NCBI GenBank assembly: GCA_030632085.1
Contig: DAOVJY010000002.1
Span: 77,325 to 141,324, forward strand
Direction: 5' to 3'
Length of the DNA stretch: 64,000 nucleotides
Origin: Candidatus Omnitrophota bacterium
GTDB taxonomy: Bacteria; Omnitrophota; Gorgyraeia; JAGLLT01
The notes under the pieces are model-generated. The model was not told where the DNA came from, made no database searches, and saw nothing but the letters and a program-made list of their open reading frames with translations. A program made the translations under genes and the position numbers. This document shows positions 55,254 through 63,422 of the stretch, piece by piece. Numbering within the stretch: position 1 is the first letter of the stretch; every line of letters begins with the position of its first letter.

Positions 55254-55664
55254 ATGAAAAACAAAAAAGGTTTTACACTCGTAGAATTAATGATAGTTAT
55301 GGTTATTATAGGTATCTTGTTAAGCCTGTTACTTCCGGGTGTGTTTACCGCTCGTCAGGAAGCCTTGAAGACTCAAGTGGCCAGTAACCTGCGTCAGGTA
55401 GGCATTGCTTTATATGCCCATGCTAAGAATAGCAATGGGGCTTTACCTGCTAACTTAGCTGCTCTAGATCCTACTTATATTGAGGGTATAGCAGACATTA
55501 ACAAAAATATTGATGGTGACCCTTTCACTTTCAATGAAGCAACCAGTAATCTCTATAGCTTAAGTGCAAGCACTGTATTAGTTACTGATGATAGCATTAT
55601 TAGTGGTACTAATGCAACCGGTTATACACTTAGAGCGGATGGTTCTGTTAATACAAGTATTTAA
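55254..55664 (+). CDS. Type IV pilin (candidate major pilin)
   Basis: GGAGG RBS; MKNKKG|FTLVELMIV; ASNLRQVG; followed by terminator. Confidence 0.85.
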   Translation: MKNKKGFTLVELMIVMVIIGILLSLLLPGVFTARQEALKTQVASNLRQVGIALYAHAKNSNGALPANLAALDPTYIEGIADINKNIDGDPFTFNEATSNLYSLSASTVLVTDDSIISGTNATGYTLRADGSVNTSI

Positions 55665-55709
55665 TGTGAATGTAAGTTTTTATAGGCATTAACATTAAAT
55701 AGTTAATTG

Positions 55710-55746
55710 AAAGAGCGCTTAAAGAGTATTTTTAAGTGCTCTTTTC
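55710..55746 (+). terminator. Intrinsic terminator after pilin
   Basis: AAGAGCGCTTAAA-loop-TTTAAGTGCTCTT followed by T residues. Confidence 0.75.
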
Positions 55747-55751
55747 TTGAT

Positions 55752-55860
55752 ATCAGCACACAAGACATAAGTCATACCCTTGCAGGGCACAGGCAAGTCA
55801 CAAGAAACAAGTCATAAGGCACAAGCAAAAAAACAAGATGCAAACAATTACCAATGGCCA
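55752..55860 (+). repeat. Heptamer tract with nested TACCCTTGCAGGGCACAGGCAAG motif
   Basis: AAGACAT AAGTCAT ACCCTTGCAGGGCACAGGC AAGTCAC AAGAAAC AAGTCAT AAGGCAC. Confidence 0.78.
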
Positions 55861-55993
55861 AATTCAATTCCGCTTCGCCCGCATCAGCCTTTGACGGGCT
55901 TAATCCTGTTTTTTGGCCCTTTTTCACTTGACTTTTGGCTTGTAAGTGATAAATTGATATCAAGTTTATATTTAAAGTCTATATAGTCATGCT

Positions 55994-56070
55994 GGCGGCA
56001 TACCCAAGTGGTTTAAGGGGACGGTCTGCAAAATCGTTATTCATCGGTTCGAATCCGATTGCCGCCTCCA
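55994..56070 (+). tRNA. tRNA-Cys (GCA)
   Basis: GGCGGCA/TGCCGCC acceptor stem, ACGGT-CTGCAAA-ATCGT anticodon arm, GGTTCGAATCC, encoded CCA. Confidence 0.96.
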
Positions 56071-56180
56071 GTAAAAGCATAGAGCAAATAGCTAAGAGCA
56101 GATAGAAAAGCAAGACACAAGAAATAAGTCACAAGTAAAAGCAAAAGCAAAAGAACAAAAAAATAAAAGCAAAAAGAATT
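56071..56180 (+). repeat. A-rich heptamer tract between tRNAs
   Basis: AGCATAG AGCAAAT AGCTAAG AGCAGAT ... AAGACAC AAGAAAT AAGTCAC. Confidence 0.7.
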
Positions 56181-56235
56181 TTACTATACGATAACCAAAA
56201 AGGCGGGTTTATCCGCCATAGCTGGAAGCGAAGGC

Positions 56236-56322
56236 GGGCGAGTGGTGGAATGGCAGACACGTGGGACTTAAAATCCCATGGATGAATAATCCGTGTGGGT
56301 TCGACTCCCACCTCGCCCACCA
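56236..56322 (+). tRNA. tRNA-Leu (TAA)
   Basis: GGGCGAG/CTCGCCC acceptor, TGGGA-CTTAAAA-TCCCA anticodon arm, long variable arm, GGTTCGACTCC, CCA. Confidence 0.96.
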
Positions 56323-56545
56323 GATTGGCAAATGGCATAGGGCGAATAGCTAAGAGCTTAGGGCAAAAAACAAATAAGAAACAAGATACAAGTAAGAATT
56401 TAGGGCGTAGAGCTAAAACGCAGGATTAAGGATTAAGACGCTCAATATTGACAAGTTGTTAGTGAGCTCTAAGGATTAAGTTTGGAACAAGAAACGAAAA
56501 GCAAAGCATAGAGCAAAAAATATAGAGCTATCAGCTAACAGATGG
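56323..56545 (+). repeat. Heptamer tract with AGGATTA units and nested hairpin
   Basis: GGCAAAT GGCATAG GGCGAAT AGCTAAG AGCTTAG; AGGATTA AGGATTA AGACGCTCA...TGAGCTCT AAGGATTAAG. Confidence 0.72.
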
Positions 56546-56587
56546 CATTGACTATTTGCAATTTGCTATAAGTTATTTGCTAATAAT

Positions 56588-56664
56588 GGGCGGTTAGCTC
56601 AGTTGGTTAGAGTGCCACGTTGACATCGTGGAAGTCACTGGTTCAAGTCCAGTACCGCCCACCA
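56588..56664 (+). tRNA. tRNA-Val (GAC)
   Basis: GGGCGGT/ACCGCCC acceptor, CCACG-TTGACAT-CGTGG anticodon arm, GGTTCAAGTCC, CCA. Confidence 0.96.
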
Positions 56665-56845
56665 GATTGGCAAATGGCAAAAAATAAGTCACAAGTAAAA
56701 AGTCACAAGTCACAAGCGAAGAGCTAAGAGCAAAAACAACAGACTATAGATTGAAAACAAAAGAACAAAAAAATAAGAGCGAAAAGAGAGAATAACTTAA
56801 TTCTTAGAGTGAATGAAATGAACGTCTTAATTCTTAATCCTTATC
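56665..56845 (+). repeat. Heptamer tract ending in CTTAATTCTTAGAGTGAATGAAATGAACGTCTTAATTCTTAATCC unit
   Basis: AAGTCAC repeats; terminal unit matches those at 51698-51762. Confidence 0.72.
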
Positions 56846-56858
56846 GAGGAAACAGGCC

Positions 56859-58565
56859 ATGAACTTAGATACACTTAGGCATAGTGCTTCACATGTTATG
56901 GCTCAGGCTGTAAAAAGTATTTTTAAAAATGCTAAGCTGGGAATTGGCCCATCTATCGAGAATGGTTTTTATTATGATTTTGACCTTGATCAGCCTATAA
57001 AAGAAGACGATTTGCCTCGCATTGAAAAGAAAATGCGGGAGATAGTAAAGCGGAATTATAAGTTTGAAAAAGAGGCAATTTCTAAGGATGAAGCAAAAAA
57101 ACTTTTTAAAGAGCTGAAAGAGCCTTATAAATTAGAGCTAATTGATGAGCTTGAAGACAATAGTATCTCAATATATAAAGATGGTGATTTTATTGATCTT
57201 TGTAAGGGGCCTCATCTTAGTTCTACCGGTGAAATAAAGCATTTTAAACTTTTGAATGTGGCCGGGGCTTATTGGAGAGGCAGTGAAAAGAATCCGCAGC
57301 TCACCAGGGTATACGGCACAGCTTTTGAGACTAAAAAAGATTTAGATGATTATTTACAGAGGCTTGAAGAAGCAAAAAAGAGAGACCATAGAAAGGGATT
57401 TTCTTTAGGTTATTTTAGTATGCACCAGGAAGTTGGCCCGGGTTTAGTGGTTTATCATCCTAAGGGAGCTTTGTTAAGAAGCCTGATTGTAGATTATTTA
57501 AAGAATGAACATCTCAAGCGAGGCTATCAGATGGTTTTGGGGCCTCATATAATGAAGTCGGATATTTGGAAAACTTCCGGGCATGCTGATTTTTATAGAG
57601 AAAATATGTATTTCTTTGATGTGGAAGGGCAAGAGTATGTGGTTAAGCCTATGAATTGTCCGGCGCATATTTTAGTTTACGCGTCAAAAATAAGAAGTTA
57701 TAATGATTTACCTATTAGATTTTTTGAACTGGGAACTGTCTATAGGCATGAGAAGTCAGGGGTTTTACACGGACTACTTAGATTGAGAGGTTTTACGCAG
57801 GATGACGCGCATATATTCTGCACGCGAAGCCAGCTTCAGGAAGAGATAGTGGGGGTAATTAAATTTGTTAAAGTCGTTATGGCTAATTTTGGGTTTACTG
57901 ATTATGAGTATGAGGTTAGTACCCGGCCTGAAAAGTATATCGGTTCAGAAAAAGATTGGGATAGTGCTGAAAAAATATTAATTCAATCTTTAGAGGCCGA
58001 GGGCGAAAAATTTGAGATTAACGAAAAAGACGGGGCTTTTTACGGGCCTAAGATAGATATAAAAATTAAAGACGCCCTGGGGAGGCCCTGGCAGTGCGCG
58101 ACTATTCAATGTGATTTTGCTCTGCCCGAACGGTTTGACTTATCATACATTGATAATCAAGGCAAGAAGCGGCGCCCTGTTATGCTGCATAGAGTAATCT
58201 TAGGCAGCATTGAGCGCTTTATAGGTGTATTGTTGGAGCATTATGATTTTGCCATGCCCTTATGGTTGGCGCCGGTGCAAGTGAAGATACTTCCGGTTAC
58301 CTCAAGATCTCATGAATTTGCTTTAGAAGTTAGTGATAAATTAGTTACCGGTTATAGAGTTGAAGTTGACTTAAATAATGTGACTTTAGGTAATAAAATA
58401 AGAAAAGCCCAACAGGAGAAGATTCCCTATATGGTAATTTTGGGTGATCGCGAAATGCAGAACAACACCCTTTCAGTCAGATCGCTGAAAAAAGGTGATT
58501 TAGGTAACATTGATTTAGTTGAATTTGTAAAAGTATTGACCGAGGATTTACTGAACAGGAGGTGA
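56859..58565 (+). CDS. thrS: Threonine--tRNA ligase (no N-terminal TGS domain)
   Basis: LRHSASH, DLCKGPH, RDHRK, KPMNCP, RGFTQDDAH, AFYGPKID. Confidence 0.98.
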   Translation: MNLDTLRHSASHVMAQAVKSIFKNAKLGIGPSIENGFYYDFDLDQPIKEDDLPRIEKKMREIVKRNYKFEKEAISKDEAKKLFKELKEPYKLELIDELEDNSISIYKDGDFIDLCKGPHLSSTGEIKHFKLLNVAGAYWRGSEKNPQLTRVYGTAFETKKDLDDYLQRLEEAKKRDHRKGFSLGYFSMHQEVGPGLVVYHPKGALLRSLIVDYLKNEHLKRGYQMVLGPHIMKSDIWKTSGHADFYRENMYFFDVEGQEYVVKPMNCPAHILVYASKIRSYNDLPIRFFELGTVYRHEKSGVLHGLLRLRGFTQDDAHIFCTRSQLQEEIVGVIKFVKVVMANFGFTDYEYEVSTRPEKYIGSEKDWDSAEKILIQSLEAEGEKFEINEKDGAFYGPKIDIKIKDALGRPWQCATIQCDFALPERFDLSYIDNQGKKRRPVMLHRVILGSIERFIGVLLEHYDFAMPLWLAPVQVKILPVTSRSHEFALEVSDKLVTGYRVEVDLNNVTLGNKIRKAQQEKIPYMVILGDREMQNNTLSVRSLKKGDLGNIDLVEFVKVLTEDLLNRR

Positions 58566-58572
58566 GAGGTCT

Positions 58573-59094
58573 ATTTCTAGTGATGCAAGAATAAATCAGT
58601 TCATAAGAGCTAAAAAAGTAAGAGTTGTGGGTAAAGAGGCGGAGCAGATTGGTATCCTTTCTATTGAAGACGCTCTTAAAAAGGCGGAGGATGTAGAACT
58701 TGATTTAGTTGAGGTTGCTCCTTCGGCCGACCCGCCGGTGTGCCGAATAATGGATTATTCTAAGTATAAATATGAACAGTCCAAAAGGGCAAAAGAAGCA
58801 AAGAAAAAACAAAAAATCATTGAAGTAAAAGAAATTAAGTTCAAGCCGAAAATTGAAGAACATGATTATCAAGTTAAACTGGCCAAAGCGATTAATTTTT
58901 TAGAAAAGGACGAAAGAGTCAAAGTAAGTTTACGTTATCGCGGCAGAGAAGTGACTCATCCTGAAATTGGCAAGCAACTTTTAGATAGATTTATTAGTGA
59001 TACCAGTCAATATGGAGAATTGGCTAAAGAACCCAAGCAGATGGGTAAGACTATTATAATGTTTATTGACCCGAAAACAAAGCAGTCTATTTAG
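58573..59094 (+). CDS. infC: Translation initiation factor IF-3 (non-canonical ATT start)
   Basis: In-frame ATT at 58573 after GAGG gives ISSDARINQFIRAKKVRVV; DLVEVAP, PPVCRIMDY, HDY. Confidence 0.93.
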   Translation: MSSDARINQFIRAKKVRVVGKEAEQIGILSIEDALKKAEDVELDLVEVAPSADPPVCRIMDYSKYKYEQSKRAKEAKKKQKIIEVKEIKFKPKIEEHDYQVKLAKAINFLEKDERVKVSLRYRGREVTHPEIGKQLLDRFISDTSQYGELAKEPKQMGKTIIMFIDPKTKQSI

Positions 59095-59112
59095 TAAAGG
59101 AAGGATAACTAA

Positions 59113-59310
59113 ATGCCAAAACTTAAAACAAATAAAGGGACGGCTAAGCGTTTCAAAGTAACCAAAAGCGGTAAGATTAAACGTAATAAAGCCGGCAGCA
59201 GCCACATATTAAGTAAAAAGACAAGAAAAAGAAAAAGAAGTCTGAGGCAGTCCGGAATGGTCGACAAGGTTGACGAAAAAAGATTAAAGCAATTATTGCC
59301 CTATAGTTAA
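59113..59310 (+). CDS. rpmI: 50S ribosomal protein L35
   Basis: [23 protein letters not shown]. Confidence 0.97.
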   Translation: MPKLKTNKGTAKRFKVTKSGKIKRNKAGSSHILSKKTRKRKRSLRQSGMVDKVDEKRLKQLLPYS

Positions 59311-59337
59311 TAAAAATTCTTAAGGAGGAATTATATT

Positions 59338-59694
59338 ATGCCAAAAGTTAAACACGCGCCCGCGTCAAAGAAAAGAAAAAAGAGGGTGCTTAAAGCGGTA
59401 AAAGGTGCTCGAGGCGGACGTAGCAAACTTATTGCCACCGCTAAAGAAACGCTCAATAGGGCTCTTGCCTACGCCTATCGGGATCGCAAGGTGAAGAAAA
59501 GAGAGTACAGAGCTCTCTGGATAACCAGAATTACGGCAGCATGCAAACTGCATTCCATAGGGTACTCAAAATTTATTAACGGGCTAACTAAAACTAAAAT
59601 TGTCCTAAATAGGAAAATGTTGGCGGAAGTTGCCGCGACTGATGATTATGCTTTTTCAAAACTGGTAAAACTGGTTAAAGAATCAGTTAAATAA
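59338..59694 (+). CDS. rplT: 50S ribosomal protein L20
   Basis: YAYRDRK.KKR.YR.LWITRI, LNRKMLAE. Confidence 0.97.
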   Translation: MPKVKHAPASKKRKKRVLKAVKGARGGRSKLIATAKETLNRALAYAYRDRKVKKREYRALWITRITAACKLHSIGYSKFINGLTKTKIVLNRKMLAEVAATDDYAFSKLVKLVKESVK

Positions 59695-59726
59695 AGATAG
59701 TTTTGTTTTTTTAAGGAGGTAAAGTT

Positions 59727-60035
59727 ATGAATAAAGCCATTATAATGGCAAAGATTAAGAGGCAGCAGGCGGAGTTAGGTGAAATCATCGCTGAAATTAG
59801 CAAAGATAGAAGGTTAAATAATATCTTAAGGATATTAAGGGTGAGATATAGAGAAACAGAGCACCTCTTAGAGGCTATGGGCGATAAAAGCTATATTCCT
59901 AAAGGTATTGAGGATTTGGATGCCCTTGATGAGATTGTAAAGACAGAAAAGAAAATCGGTAAGATCAAAACCGGCATCAAGAAAATGAAGCAACTGGATA
60001 AAGAAAAGAAAAAAATAGAAAAGAAACTAAGATAA
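59727..60035 (+). CDS. Hypothetical basic helical protein
   Basis: Strong AAGGAGGT RBS; fills the rplT-pheS gap; no family recognised. Confidence 0.7.
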   Translation: MNKAIIMAKIKRQQAELGEIIAEISKDRRLNNILRILRVRYRETEHLLEAMGDKSYIPKGIEDLDALDEIVKTEKKIGKIKTGIKKMKQLDKEKKKIEKKLR

Positions 60036-60039
60036 TTTT

Positions 60040-61044
60040 ATGCTTAAAGAGATAAAAGAATTACAGAAAACGGCTTTTTCCGAGCTTAATAAGGCTCAAC
60101 TTCTCGAGGATATAGAAAAAGTTAGGATAAAATATCTGGGTAGAAAAAGTAAACTCAGTCAAATTTTAAAAGGCCTCAAAGATTTAACGGTAGAACAAAA
60201 AGCCGAAGTTGGTAAAGTAGCTAATATTTTTAAGCGGAAGATTAGTCAAGAGATTGAAGTTAAGATAACCGCGCTTAATGAAGCTAATTTATGGCCAAAA
60301 ATTGACATCACGATTCCGGGGATTAAAAATGCACGCGGCCATATACACCCGATTACGAAGACGATTTATGAAATATGTGACATTTTTACTTCTTTGGGTT
60401 TTAATGTGGTTGAAGGGCCCGAAGCGGAAAAAGAGCGTTATAATTTTGAAGCCTTGAATATTCCCCTTGATCATCCGGCAAGAGACGCTTTTGATACATT
60501 TTACCTAAAAGATGATCTTCTTTTACGTTCACATACTTCTCCGGTTCAAGTAAGAGTGATGGAAAAGGAAAAACCTCCTATCGCGATTATTGTGCCCGGA
60601 AAAGTATACAGGCCCGATGCCGTAGATGCCACCCATTCGTTCATGTTTCATCAGGTGGAAGGTTTATTGGTCGATAAGAATATAACTTTTTCTGATTTAA
60701 AAGGCACTCTTTCCGTTTTTCTCAGAAAGATGTTTGGTAAGGAAGTTAAGGTAAGGTTTCGGCCTCATTTCTTTCCTTTTACGGAGCCTAGCGCCGATTT
60801 AGACGTTTCTTGTTTTGTGTGCAATCAGAAAGGTTGCCGTGTTTGTTCTGATACCGGATGGCTTGAAGTAGGCGGTGCCGGCATGGTTGATCCCGAGGTT
60901 TTTAAAGCGGTAAATTATGACTATGATGAATTTAGCGGTTTTGCTTTTGGTGTGGGCGTAGAGAGAATAGCTATGTTGAAGTACGGCATAAATGATATTA
61001 GATTATTTTTTGAAAATGACTATAGATTTTTAAAACAATTTTAA
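60040..61044 (+). CDS. pheS: Phenylalanine--tRNA ligase alpha subunit
   Basis: HPAR, LRSHTSPVQ, FHQVEG, FPFTEPS, GFAFGVGVER. Confidence 0.98.
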   Translation: MLKEIKELQKTAFSELNKAQLLEDIEKVRIKYLGRKSKLSQILKGLKDLTVEQKAEVGKVANIFKRKISQEIEVKITALNEANLWPKIDITIPGIKNARGHIHPITKTIYEICDIFTSLGFNVVEGPEAEKERYNFEALNIPLDHPARDAFDTFYLKDDLLLRSHTSPVQVRVMEKEKPPIAIIVPGKVYRPDAVDATHSFMFHQVEGLLVDKNITFSDLKGTLSVFLRKMFGKEVKVRFRPHFFPFTEPSADLDVSCFVCNQKGCRVCSDTGWLEVGGAGMVDPEVFKAVNYDYDEFSGFAFGVGVERIAMLKYGINDIRLFFENDYRFLKQF

Positions 61045-61126
61045 ATGAAGACGCAATTTATGGAATGTAATAAACGTAAATTGCTTGTCTGAATTTATCC
61101 CGAAGCTTCGGGATGGTTTCATTAAG
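61042..61126 (+). repeat. Dispersed structured element, opposite orientation to the pilC and rpmE copies
   Basis: TAAATGA AGAC GCAATTTATG GA AT GTA AT AA A CGTAAATTGC TT GTCT GAATTTA, then palindrome ATCCCGAAGCTTCGGGAT, then GGTTTCATTAAG. Confidence 0.72.
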
Positions 61127-61135
61127 GAATTCATT

Positions 61136-63205
61136 ATGTTAATAAGTTATAATTGGTTAAAAGATTTTACTAATCTTAAGGATAGCCCCCAGCGGCTGGC
61201 CGAAAAGCTTACTATGGCCGGTATAGAGGTGAGCTCTCTTGAAAAAAGAAAAGACGATTTCATTTATAACGCGGAAATTACGCCTAACAGGCCGGATTTA
61301 TTATGCGCTAAAGGAATTGCCAGGGAAGCGGCTTGTTTAACGCGGAGTAAATTTTATGATCCTTTAAGTTCGACCGTCGATACCCAATCTATCGGTGGTA
61401 ATATTGATATTGAGGTAAAGCAGAAAAAAGCCTGCCCCAGATATAACGCGACTCTTATTAAAAATATTCAGGTCAAGGTGTCCGATGAAAAAATTACCAG
61501 ACGCCTATCGGCTTTAGGTTTAAGGCCGGTTAACAGTGTAGTTGATATAACCAATTACTTTCTTTTAGGGTGGGGACAGCCTATGCATGCCTTTGATTAT
61601 GATAAGATTGAAGGCCGTAAAATTATTGTTCGTTATGCCAATAAAGGCGAGAAGCTTCTGGCTTTAGACGGTAAAGAGTATGAGTTGGATGAAACTATAT
61701 TAGTAATTGCTGACGCGAAGAAACCTATCGCGATTGCGGGAGTAATAGGAGGCGTTGGCGCGGAGATTGGCTTAGAAACTAAAAACGTGCTTTTAGAGTG
61801 CGCTGGTTTTGATACCATACTCATAAGAAAAGCAGCGCGTAAATTGGGAATTTCAACCGATTCATCATACAGGTTTGAAAGAGGGGTTCCCGTTACCTCT
61901 GTAGGTGAAATAGCGCTGGCGGCCGCGTCTTTTATTCAAAAAAAAGCGGGTGGTAAAATCATTGATAATTTAGATGTATCTAATCTTCAGGTAAAAAAGG
62001 TTACATGTACCTTAAGGTTTTCAGAGATCAAAAGAATTTTGGGAATTAATATTTCGCAGGATGATGTTAAGAAAATTCTGGTTTCACTTGGCTTTATCAT
62101 TGAAAATGAAGTTCAAGATTCATTAGAGGTTACCACACCTTTTTTTAGGAGAGATGTTAAGCGCGAAATAGATTTAATAGAAGAAATCGCGCGTATATAC
62201 GGTTATGATAAAATGCCTTCAACGATTACTAAGGTTAGCAGCGGGCAAATTGATAATTATAAGTCGCTTTCAGGTGTAGTTGATGAAACAATAAGGTTCG
62301 CGTTTAAGAGAAAAATTCATCAGTCGCTATGTGCTTGCGGTTTAAATGAAATAATTACTTATAGCATGATTAGCGATAAGGAGTCAGCGGTTTTTGGTTT
62401 TAAATCTGATGAAGTTGTTAAGCTCCAGAAAGCTTTAAGTAGTCAGCAAGAGATAATGAGGCCGACATTATTAAGCGGTTTAATGCAAGCGCTGAGTTGG
62501 AACATTAATAGGCAAATTGATGATATTGGAGTTTTTGAATTAGGCGATATTTTCATAAATCAAAATCATAAATTTACCGAAAAGTTAAATGTAGCCTTTG
62601 GCCTTTGCGGTAGAAAATATATTAATGACTGGAAACATAAGCCTAAAGAGGTTGATTTTTATGATTTAAAAGGTATTCTTGAAGATTTCCTCGATCATTT
62701 AGGCATCAAGGATGTTCAATTTTTAGAATGCGAAGAGCCATATTTTTCTAAGGGAGCTGGGGCTAAGGTTAATTATAAAAATAAAACTATTGCCAGATTT
62801 GGAAAGCTTGCCGCGGAAGTTATCTCTGTCTATGATGTTGATAAAGATATTTACGCGGCTGAAGTATACATAGAGGATATATTAGGCGATATGTGTTTGA
62901 AGAAGAAATTCAAACCCATCGCAAAGTTTCCAGCTGTGACTAGAGATTTAGCTATTATTGTTAAAAGCGATTTATCGACAAGAGAAATTATCGATAAAAT
63001 TAGGGTGACCGGTAAGCATCTCATAAAAGAGGTTACCTTGTTTGATGTTTATGAAGGCAAGCAGATTCCTCCCGGTTATTTGAGTTTAGCTTTTTCTATT
63101 AAGTATCAAGCGGATGATAGAACTCTAATTGATGAGGAAGTTGACGAAATTCAAACCCGGATTCAGAAAGTTTTAGTTGAAAATCTTAAGGCTCAAATTA
63201 GATAG
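61136..63205 (+). CDS. pheT: Phenylalanine--tRNA ligase beta subunit (short form lacking B2 OB domain)
   Basis: MLISYNWL joined almost directly to EITPNRPDLL; SSYRFERG, DLIEEIARIYGY, FDX-ACB domain. Confidence 0.96.
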   Translation: MLISYNWLKDFTNLKDSPQRLAEKLTMAGIEVSSLEKRKDDFIYNAEITPNRPDLLCAKGIAREAACLTRSKFYDPLSSTVDTQSIGGNIDIEVKQKKACPRYNATLIKNIQVKVSDEKITRRLSALGLRPVNSVVDITNYFLLGWGQPMHAFDYDKIEGRKIIVRYANKGEKLLALDGKEYELDETILVIADAKKPIAIAGVIGGVGAEIGLETKNVLLECAGFDTILIRKAARKLGISTDSSYRFERGVPVTSVGEIALAAASFIQKKAGGKIIDNLDVSNLQVKKVTCTLRFSEIKRILGINISQDDVKKILVSLGFIIENEVQDSLEVTTPFFRRDVKREIDLIEEIARIYGYDKMPSTITKVSSGQIDNYKSLSGVVDETIRFAFKRKIHQSLCACGLNEIITYSMISDKESAVFGFKSDEVVKLQKALSSQQEIMRPTLLSGLMQALSWNINRQIDDIGVFELGDIFINQNHKFTEKLNVAFGLCGRKYINDWKHKPKEVDFYDLKGILEDFLDHLGIKDVQFLECEEPYFSKGAGAKVNYKNKTIARFGKLAAEVISVYDVDKDIYAAEVYIEDILGDMCLKKKFKPIAKFPAVTRDLAIIVKSDLSTREIIDKIRVTGKHLIKEVTLFDVYEGKQIPPGYLSLAFSIKYQADDRTLIDEEVDEIQTRIQKVLVENLKAQIR

Positions 63206-63259
63206 GGGCGCCTGTCTTGATTTTGGACAGTCGATGTGATATTATTTAAGTAGAGAAAA

Positions 63260-63415
63260 AAATTCCCTGCTTTGCGCGTGAAGGGCGCATAGGTTTGAGC
63301 TAACACCATTTTAAGGGGAACCTAACTTCATGATGCCTGATGGCAAAATGAGAGGTACCCACTTAGTAGACTGGGTTCAAAACTACCACTCTCACACGGC
63401 TATGGCGGGGAATTT
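63260..63415 (+). ncRNA. ssrS: 6S RNA
   Basis: Closing stem AAATTCCCTGC/GCGGGGAATTT, inner TTTGAGCT/GGTTCAAA pairing around a central bubble, ~155 nt, located after pheT and before rarA, promoter-like TTGATT...TATTAT upstream. Confidence 0.8.
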
Positions 63416-63422
63416 TTATATT

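Noticed and set aside
55994-56664. Prophage or genomic island at the tRNA cluster
   Set aside because: No integrase or cargo genes; flanks are pilins and thrS.
56665-56858. T-box leader upstream of thrS (or pheS)
   Set aside because: No GGTGGNACC T-box sequence or terminator is visible.
58627-59094. N-terminally truncated IF-3 as given in the ORF track
   Set aside because: The in-frame ATT start at 58573 restores the N-terminus; AUU initiation is standard for infC.
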